Shown here: positions 57,594 through 64,000 of the stretch, piece after piece
Layout: each line of letters begins with the position of its first letter
Position numbering within the stretch: the first letter of the stretch is position 1
NCBI GenBank assembly: GCA_031552815.1
Contig: JAVBMG010000004.1
Location: forward strand, 13,795 to 77,794
Length of the DNA: 64,000 nucleotides
Origin: Opitutales bacterium
Lineage (GTDB): Bacteria > Verrucomicrobiota > Verrucomicrobiia > Opitutales > JAVBMG01
Direction of reading: 5' to 3'
Program-made: the position numbers and the translations under genes
Notes under the pieces: generated by a model
Database searches by the model: none
What the model was told of the DNA's origin: nothing
The model's input: only the letters and a program-made list of their open reading frames with translations

Positions 57594-60398
57594 ATGAGAG
57601 CGTTAGTACTATTAATTATCACTGCAATCTTTGTCGGATGTTCAACCCCTCAGAATAATATGGATTTGAGTGGTAGTTGGAAATTCAGATTAGACCCTGA
57701 GGATATAGGGGTAAATGAACAATGGTATAATGCTGCATTCCATGAGCAAATTAGGTTGCCGGGTTCATTGCAGGAACAAGGGTATGGGTACGATATTGAT
57801 ACCAACACCCAATGGACCGGAGGTATTGTTGATAAAGCATGGTACACTGCTCCCGAATATGAAAAATACAGACAGAAAGGAAACATCAAAGTTCCATTTT
57901 GGTTGAACCCGGATAAACATTATGTAGGGGTGGCATGGTATCAGAAAGAAGTCGATATTCCACAGGGTTGGAGAGGCAAAACCATTCAACTCGAGCTGGA
58001 GCGTACGCATTGGGAAACAGTACTTTATATCGATGGAATTGAATTGAATAAACAAGACAGTTTATCGACTCCTCATCGGTATCTTTTAGCCGGTATTGAA
58101 CCTGGAAAACATATAATAACTATACGGGTAGATAACCGGATTCATACCGATGTCGGTATGAATGCTCACAGCGTTTCCGATCATACACAAAGCAATTGGA
58201 ACGGGCTGACCGGTAACCTGCTACTCTCAGCCAAACCAAGCGTATACATTGATGATGTACAAATATATCCTGATGTTACGAACAAGAAGGTAAGGGTAGC
58301 AATTGACCTGAAAGGGCGGACAATCTCAGGAGAAGGCAATCTTCTAATGCAACTGGAAACAGTCAAAGGCGAAGTTGTAGGTAAACCAGTTAATGTCGCA
58401 TTTGAAACTTCCGGTAGCGAAACGCAACTGGATGCTACCATAGATGCGGGAGAGACAATATTATTATGGTCCGAACATTCACCGAATCTCTATCGCTTGA
58501 AAACAGTCGTAATCGCTTCGGGAGAAAAAGATGAAAAATACACACAATTCGGATTTCGTGATTTTAAGAAAAACGGGACACGGTTTCATGTAAACGATCA
58601 ACCGGTTTTTCTACGCGGGACACTTGAATGTTGCATTTTTCCGTTAACAGGTTACCCGGCTACTGACGATGCGTACTGGGAAAAAATATACCGAGCCTGC
58701 AAAGCGTTTGGCTTGAACCATGTACGTTTTCACTCCTGGTGTCCCCCGAAAGCGGCATTCAATGTGGCCGATCGCATGGGGATTTATTTACAGGTGGAAT
58801 GCGCTGGTTGGACAACAGTGGGTAATGGCGGCTATTTGGATGAATGGTTCTACGCCGAAGGCGACAGAATACTGAAAGAGTATGGTAATCATCCTTCTTT
58901 TTGCTTTCTGGCTTACGGCAATGAGCCGAGCGGCAATAATCAGGTAAAATACCTCTCGGCTTTGGTTGATTACTGGAAAAAGAAAGATAACCGCAGACTT
59001 TATACCAGCGCTGCCGGATGGCCGTACATTCCAAATGCCGATTATTGGAATGCACCCGATCCACGCATCCAGGCGTGGGGAGGAGGATTAAAAACAATTA
59101 TCAACGCACAACCTCCCCGCTACGATTTCGATTACAGAGAAATTATTAAAAAAGATATGCCAAGCGTCAGCCATGAAATAGGGCAATGGTGTGTGTACCC
59201 AAACTTTAATGAAATCAAGAAGTATACAGGTGTGTTGAAAGCGAAAAACTTTGAGATATTCCAGGAAACATTGAAGGAGAATAATATGGAAGACCTTGCT
59301 GATGATTTCCTGTATGCATCCGGAAAACTTCAAACACTTTGTTATAAGGCAGATATCGAAGCAGCCCTCCGTACACCCGGTTTTGCAGGATTTCAATTGC
59401 TCGACTTGCACGACTTTCCCGGGCAAGGCACTGCATTAGTAGGCGTGCTGGATGCTTTCTGGGACACCAAAGGATATGTGAATGGTAAAGAATACAGCAT
59501 GTTCTGTAATCAGACAGTTCCGCTTATACGTTTTCCGAAAATGATATGGCTGAACAATGAACAGATGAATGTACCCGTTGAATTCGCTCATTTTGGGGAA
59601 GAACCCATAAAGAATGCTAATATTTTATGGGCAATTACCACAACCGATAACAGAATGATAAAAAAAGGGAACTTCGTAAAAGATCTTCCATTAGACAACT
59701 GTATTTCGGTAGGAAATATTGAAATTTCTTTTGAAGGAATAAAAGAAGCAACTCACTTAGTAGTATCTGTAGAGCTCGAAGATAAATCAGCAAAAAATCA
59801 GTGGGACATTTGGGTCTATCCGGCCCAGAAGCAAACGATTACCAATAAACCGTATGTAACATCCACATTTGACGATTCGGTAATCGACAGGCTTAATAAC
59901 GGAGAAACCGTATTACTTTTGTCTCCCAAAGGAAAAGTTGCCTCCGAAAAAGGAGGGAAGATCGCGGTAGGCTTTTCAAGCATCTTCTGGAATACGGCAT
60001 GGACATACAATCAGCCTCCGCATACGTTAGGTATACTATGTAACCCTGAACATCCGGTTTTTGCTTCATTTCCCACTCAGGGATACAGCAATTACCAATG
60101 GTGGGATATTGTTTCCGATTGTGATGCTTTGATCATAGATGATTTCCCGGCCGACTTTCGTCCCATAGTATCTTTGATAGACGACTGGTTTAAAAATCGC
60201 AGGTTAAGCTTATTGTTTGAAGCCAAAGTAGGAAAAGGGAAACTGCTGGTGTGCAGTTCAGGCCTTGACAGAGATCCGATCCAATATCCGGCAGCAGCGC
60301 AATTTAAGCAAAGCATTCTGGAGTATATGTCGTCGGACAAGTTTGATCCTCAATACGAAATTCAACCGGAATTAATAAAGAGTCTGTTTAAGGATTAA
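57594..60398 (+). CDS. GH2-family glycoside hydrolase lipoprotein (beta-galactosidase/beta-glucuronidase-like fold), specificity unknown
   Basis: The lipobox is FVGCS (start taken at ATG 57594). The sequence has DLSGSWKFRLDP, VGVAWYQKEVDIP, the acid/base-type AYGNEPSG and SHEIGQW. The extra C-terminal ~300 aa is unassigned. Confidence 0.75.
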   Translation: MRALVLLIITAIFVGCSTPQNNMDLSGSWKFRLDPEDIGVNEQWYNAAFHEQIRLPGSLQEQGYGYDIDTNTQWTGGIVDKAWYTAPEYEKYRQKGNIKVPFWLNPDKHYVGVAWYQKEVDIPQGWRGKTIQLELERTHWETVLYIDGIELNKQDSLSTPHRYLLAGIEPGKHIITIRVDNRIHTDVGMNAHSVSDHTQSNWNGLTGNLLLSAKPSVYIDDVQIYPDVTNKKVRVAIDLKGRTISGEGNLLMQLETVKGEVVGKPVNVAFETSGSETQLDATIDAGETILLWSEHSPNLYRLKTVVIASGEKDEKYTQFGFRDFKKNGTRFHVNDQPVFLRGTLECCIFPLTGYPATDDAYWEKIYRACKAFGLNHVRFHSWCPPKAAFNVADRMGIYLQVECAGWTTVGNGGYLDEWFYAEGDRILKEYGNHPSFCFLAYGNEPSGNNQVKYLSALVDYWKKKDNRRLYTSAAGWPYIPNADYWNAPDPRIQAWGGGLKTIINAQPPRYDFDYREIIKKDMPSVSHEIGQWCVYPNFNEIKKYTGVLKAKNFEIFQETLKENNMEDLADDFLYASGKLQTLCYKADIEAALRTPGFAGFQLLDLHDFPGQGTALVGVLDAFWDTKGYVNGKEYSMFCNQTVPLIRFPKMIWLNNEQMNVPVEFAHFGEEPIKNANILWAITTTDNRMIKKGNFVKDLPLDNCISVGNIEISFEGIKEATHLVVSVELEDKSAKNQWDIWVYPAQKQTITNKPYVTSTFDDSVIDRLNNGETVLLLSPKGKVASEKGGKIAVGFSSIFWNTAWTYNQPPHTLGILCNPEHPVFASFPTQGYSNYQWWDIVSDCDALIIDDFPADFRPIVSLIDDWFKNRRLSLLFEAKVGKGKLLVCSSGLDRDPIQYPAAAQFKQSILEYMSSDKFDPQYEIQPELIKSLFKD

Positions 60399-60739
60399 TA
60401 AGATCCTCATTATCTCGGAAAGCATAAGATAGCGAAAGGCACTTATAAATATGTCGATTGAAATAAAATTGATCACATGATAAAAAAGCGGCTAATCTTC
60501 AATTAATAAAGAGAACAAAGTATATTTGTGCAAAAATGTCTTCACAAGAATTGTTCAATTATTTGAAGACAAATTAGTCACATTATCACGAAAGGAACTA
60601 AATATTTATTGATATGGGATTCGCCTGCGGTCCATAAATAACGAAGAGCGCGAATAAGCATTCCCGTTTTTTCATTGCTGTGACCCGGCAACGGATACCG
60701 CTCCGTAGGCTACTCCCTCCTTTCAACTAGGAAAGCCCC

Positions 60740-62068
60740 TTATAGATGACTGTTGATGATGGATTCAAGTAATTCCTGTTTACCGCTTTTGGCTTCCGGT
60801 TCGGTCTGTTGGAGTGCGATTTGTCTCAGGTCTTCCAAGGTCAATTTTCCTGCCTCAAAAGCTTTTCCCTGTTCCGAGTCGTAAGAGGAATACCGATCTT
60901 TTCGCAGTTTCCGATAATCCGAATTTTCCAGAATATCCGCTGCCACAATCAGTGCCCGGGCAAAAGCGTCCATTCCGCAGATATGAGCAATAAACAAGTC
61001 CTCGGGATCAGTAGAATTACGCCTGACTTTCGCGTCAAAATTAGTGCCACCTGTGGAGAACCCAGGCCCTTCCAGCAACACCAACCATGCATTGACGAGT
61101 TCCTGAACATTGACGGGAAATTGGTCAGTATCCCAGCCGTTTTGGTAATCTCCCCGGTTGGCATCGATGCTTCCCATCATGCCGGCATCAACGGCCACTT
61201 GCAGTTCATGCTCAAAAGTATGCCCAGCCAATGTCGCATGATTAACTTCAATGTTTAATTTGAAGTCCTTATCCAAGCCGTAGTGCCGCAGGAAACCAAT
61301 GACAGTTTCCGCATCATAATCATATTGGTGCTTTGTTGGCTCCATGGGCTTTGGCTCGATCAGGAATGTTCCTTTGAACCCGTTTTTTCGTCCATAATCG
61401 CGAGCTATGCCCAGCATCATGGCCAAATGTTCCTTCTCCCGCTGCATGTTTGTGTTGAGCAGGCTCATGTATCCTTCGCGTCCACCCCAGAACACATAGT
61501 TTTCTCCACCCAAGGCAATGGTAGCATCGATGGCGTTCTTTATTTGCAGGCCTGCGCAGGCTGTCACCGGGAAATGGGGATTGGTCGCTGCGCCGTTCAT
61601 ATAACGGGGATGGGTGAATACATTGGCGGTGCCCCATAACAATCTGATCCCGGATGCTTTTTGCTTTTCCTTGGCGTAATCGACTATCGTGTGCAGGCGT
61701 TTTTCAAATTCTTTCAGAGAGTCACCTTCTTCTACGAGGTCAACGTCGTGGAAGCAATAGAAGGGCATTCCCAATTTGGTCATGAATTCGAACGCGGCAT
61801 CCATTTTGTTTTTTGCCCGTTCAAGAGGAGAGTCGCCCTTGTTCCAATCAAGCCGGCGCGTGGCTTCACCAAAGGGATCATTGCCTCCGGCACACAGGGT
61901 ATGCCAATAGGCCATGGAAAAACGCAGATGCTCCTTTAGGGATTTTCCCATGATGACCCGGTTTTCGTCGTAATACCTGTAGGCGAGTGGATCGCGTGAT
62001 TGCGGTCCTGCATAGGTGATTTTTTTGATACTAGGAAAGTATTCCTTGGTCCCTGTGATGATATTCAT
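60740..62068 (-). CDS. xylA: Xylose isomerase (class II)
   Basis: The sequence has [30 protein letters not shown] and [16 protein letters not shown]. The product is 442 aa. Confidence 0.95.
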   Translation of the reverse strand: MNIITGTKEYFPSIKKITYAGPQSRDPLAYRYYDENRVIMGKSLKEHLRFSMAYWHTLCAGGNDPFGEATRRLDWNKGDSPLERAKNKMDAAFEFMTKLGMPFYCFHDVDLVEEGDSLKEFEKRLHTIVDYAKEKQKASGIRLLWGTANVFTHPRYMNGAATNPHFPVTACAGLQIKNAIDATIALGGENYVFWGGREGYMSLLNTNMQREKEHLAMMLGIARDYGRKNGFKGTFLIEPKPMEPTKHQYDYDAETVIGFLRHYGLDKDFKLNIEVNHATLAGHTFEHELQVAVDAGMMGSIDANRGDYQNGWDTDQFPVNVQELVNAWLVLLEGPGFSTGGTNFDAKVRRNSTDPEDLFIAHICGMDAFARALIVAADILENSDYRKLRKDRYSSYDSEQGKAFEAGKLTLEDLRQIALQQTEPEAKSGKQELLESIINSHL

Positions 62069-62072
62069 GGAA

Positions 62073-63548
62073 TTAATGGTTTGAGTTTAGAAAACGAAGC
62101 CAGCGTTCGTAGGCTTCTTCAAAAATAGGTTTTTCTTTCGGCTCCGGCTCTACTGTGGCAATTTTGCTCAATGATGCAAAGGCTTCGGCAGGGGAGGCAT
62201 AGACTCCGGTTCCCAGGCCTGCACCACGAGCTGCCCCGATGGAACCATCGGTGTCGTAAATCTCAATGCAGGTTTCCGCAGCTCCTGCCAGGGATTCGCG
62301 GAATACCGGACTCAGGAACATATTGGCGTTTCCCGCTCGGATAACTTGAATATCCATACCCATATTTCGCATAATATCCATACCGTATTTGAAGGCGAAG
62401 GCGACGCCCTCTTGGGCAGCCCGAAGCAGGTGACGTCGGTCATGGATATTGAAATTGATGTTGTGAAATGCAGCGCTGCTCTCGTTGTTGCCGAGGATGC
62501 GTTCTACTCCATTACCGAAGGGGACGACAACCACGCCTTTCGAGCCAATGGAAATTTCTCCTGCCAGTCTGTCCATGTCTCCATATGAGTCTCCCATAAT
62601 TCTCCGTAACCAGGACATGAGGCTGCCTGTGCCATTGATGCAAAGCAAAACACCCAGTCTGGGCGCCTCCGGCGAGTGATTGACATGCAGGAACGTGTTG
62701 ATTCTCGATTGCGGGTCGAAGGTAGCTTTGTCGTTTATTCCGTAAACAACACCCGAGGTTCCGGCGGTTGAGGCAATTTCTCCGAGCTGCAGCACATTAA
62801 GAGATAGGGCATTGTTAGGTTGATCTCCGGCCCGATAGGCAACCGGTATTCCCGGAGACAGTCCCAGCAGGCTTGCTGCGGATGCCGTGACATAACCTTG
62901 TTGTCCGAAAGTGGGTACCACCGTGGCCAGCATATCACGAGTGAGGTCTAATTCCCTGAGTAATTCATCGGAAATGCACTCTTGTTTGAAATCCCAGAAA
63001 ATTCCCTCGGAGAGGCCTGACTGTGTTGTGCAAATCTCTCCCGTGAGCCGCATCGCGATATAGTCCCCCGGGAGCATGATTTTGTGGATCTGTGCAAAAA
63101 CCTCCGGCTCATTTTTTCTGATCCACGCCAGCTTTGCTGCGGTAAAGTTGCCTGGGGAATTCAAGAGGTGGCTAAGGCAAAACTTCTCCCCCAGGTTTTT
63201 AAAAGCAGCATTCCCAATCGGAGCTGCCCGACTGTCGCACCAGATGATAGCCGGACGAAGCGTATGTCCGTTGCGATCAACGACGACCAGCCCGTGCATT
63301 TGGTAGGAGATTCCGATTCCCTTGATATCCTTTCCGGCAATTCCCGTTGCGTTGAGAATTGCCTGAGTGGCTTGCCGGAGACTTTCCCACCATGTTTGCG
63401 GGTCTTGCTCCGCCCATCCGACCTGTGGGGCGACAATCAGCATTTCGCGTTGAGGCTGCGAACTTGTGGCGACACATTTTCCCGTGTGAGCATCCACCAG
63501 GGAGGCTTTGACAAAAGAACTGCCGATATCGTATCCGAGTAAATACAT
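62073..63548 (-). CDS. xylB: Xylulokinase (FGGY family)
   Basis: The sequence has [28 protein letters not shown] and a C-terminal FGGY domain. It sits immediately upstream of xylA. Confidence 0.9.
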   Translation of the reverse strand: MYLLGYDIGSSFVKASLVDAHTGKCVATSSQPQREMLIVAPQVGWAEQDPQTWWESLRQATQAILNATGIAGKDIKGIGISYQMHGLVVVDRNGHTLRPAIIWCDSRAAPIGNAAFKNLGEKFCLSHLLNSPGNFTAAKLAWIRKNEPEVFAQIHKIMLPGDYIAMRLTGEICTTQSGLSEGIFWDFKQECISDELLRELDLTRDMLATVVPTFGQQGYVTASAASLLGLSPGIPVAYRAGDQPNNALSLNVLQLGEIASTAGTSGVVYGINDKATFDPQSRINTFLHVNHSPEAPRLGVLLCINGTGSLMSWLRRIMGDSYGDMDRLAGEISIGSKGVVVVPFGNGVERILGNNESSAAFHNINFNIHDRRHLLRAAQEGVAFAFKYGMDIMRNMGMDIQVIRAGNANMFLSPVFRESLAGAAETCIEIYDTDGSIGAARGAGLGTGVYASPAEAFASLSKIATVEPEPKEKPIFEEAYERWLRFLNSNH

Positions 63549-63556
63549 GTGAAGGA

Positions 63557-64000
63557 TTATTTGTAGATCTTGTTATAAGCCTGTTTATCAAAGCGGTAAT
63601 AGCGGGCCGCTCGATGCGCGACGTTTTGTTGCCGTTCCTCCAAGGATTTAATGTACGGCATAGTCATGATTTTTTTATGAAAATTCCGGACATCAATGGA
63701 CTTTCCTAGCACTGTTTCATATAGTTTTCTCAATTCCAGGGCCGTAAATTTTGTCGGCAGCAGTTTGAAGAGGAAGGCCGGAGATAGCTGAATATTGTGG
63801 CGGAGATGTAACAGTGCTTCAGCCAGGATTTCATTGTGGTCAAAAATTAAATTGGGAACGGAGTCGATAGGGCACCACCGGGCGTTGAACTCCGAGGAGA
63901 ACACCCGGAGACTGGTGGAAATCCGGATGGTCGACATGTAGGCGATCGTGATCACCCGTTGGATTTTCATGAAGACCTGTCCCTCCAGCCACCGGAGATC
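63557..64000 (-). CDS. NUDIX/NrtR-type transcriptional regulator, C-terminal part (the N-terminus lies outside the window)
   Basis: The frame stays open to base 64000 (DLRWLEGQVF...). The C-terminal winged-helix-like segment FTALELRKLYETVLGKSIDVRNFHKKI resembles the NrtR-family sugar regulators of Bacteroides (the AraR/XylR type). Confidence 0.55.
   Translation of the reverse strand, partial: DLRWLEGQVFMKIQRVITIAYMSTIRISTSLRVFSSEFNARWCPIDSVPNLIFDHNEILAEALLHLRHNIQLSPAFLFKLLPTKFTALELRKLYETVLGKSIDVRNFHKKIMTMPYIKSLEERQQNVAHRAARYYRFDKQAYNKIYK

Noticed and set aside
60538-60570. A nested palindrome gtcttca...aattg-tt-caatt...tgaagac sits in the convergent GH2/xylA intergenic region and could be an operator or terminator.
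   Set aside because: It lies downstream of both genes, so it is not in a promoter. It has only a weak T-run on the minus strand and none on the plus strand. It may be a weak bidirectional terminator, but the evidence is insufficient to call it.

Overview
This 64-kb window is a gene-dense chromosomal segment with about 50 CDS and 2 tRNAs. I found no rRNA, CRISPR array, transposase or integrase. Several signals point to an anaerobic, glycan-degrading diderm of the PVC group (Kiritimatiellota, Lentisphaerota or Verrucomicrobiota); this taxonomic guess is inference only. Those signals are PEP-CTERM sorting tails, chlamydial Pmp-type GGAI/FxxN repeats, a long primary sigma factor, many sulfatases and glycoside hydrolases with no SusC/SusD, and a glycyl-radical enzyme. 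From left to right the window holds: a 5'-truncated arylsulfatase; a Bat-type MoxR/DUF58/DUF4381/VWA/TPR/BatD operon; a secreted HAD hydrolase plus a small Omp85-like barrel; a glucuronate catabolic cluster (uxaC, SDR oxidoreductase, uxuA, kdgK, eda); tatA; an extended TPR-dnaG-rpoD-lipoprotein operon; a GH89 enzyme; a YtcA/MdtNOP-like FUSC efflux system; a DUF4139 protein; a U32-family gene; tRNA-Ala(CGC) and tRNA-Val(GAC); an AT-rich Pmp-repeat/PEP-CTERM gene with a decayed second copy; a lipoprotein-YiiX-methyltransferase trio; a Gfo/Idh/MocA-TIM-barrel fusion; and tandem Pal paralogs. A lower-GC carbohydrate block follows, with GH43, GH92, ABC-F, mutarotase, an MFS sugar porter, a glycyl-radical enzyme with its activase, a Cys-type sulfatase and GH2. 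The window ends with xylA-xylB and a NUDIX/NrtR-type regulator that runs off the right edge. The best candidate for something undescribed is a compact 689-aa PFL2-type glycyl-radical enzyme. It has a Cys-x-Glu loop and a minimal PflA-like activase, and it appears to be co-transcribed with a sugar porter and an aldose epimerase. Other notable observations are a lysine-rich histone-like tail on RpoD, a DnaG that has lost three of its four zinc-ribbon ligands, a fused BatA/BatB with a degenerate second MIDAS, and a marked compositional mosaic. All functional calls come from reading the translated ORFs by eye; no database search was possible.
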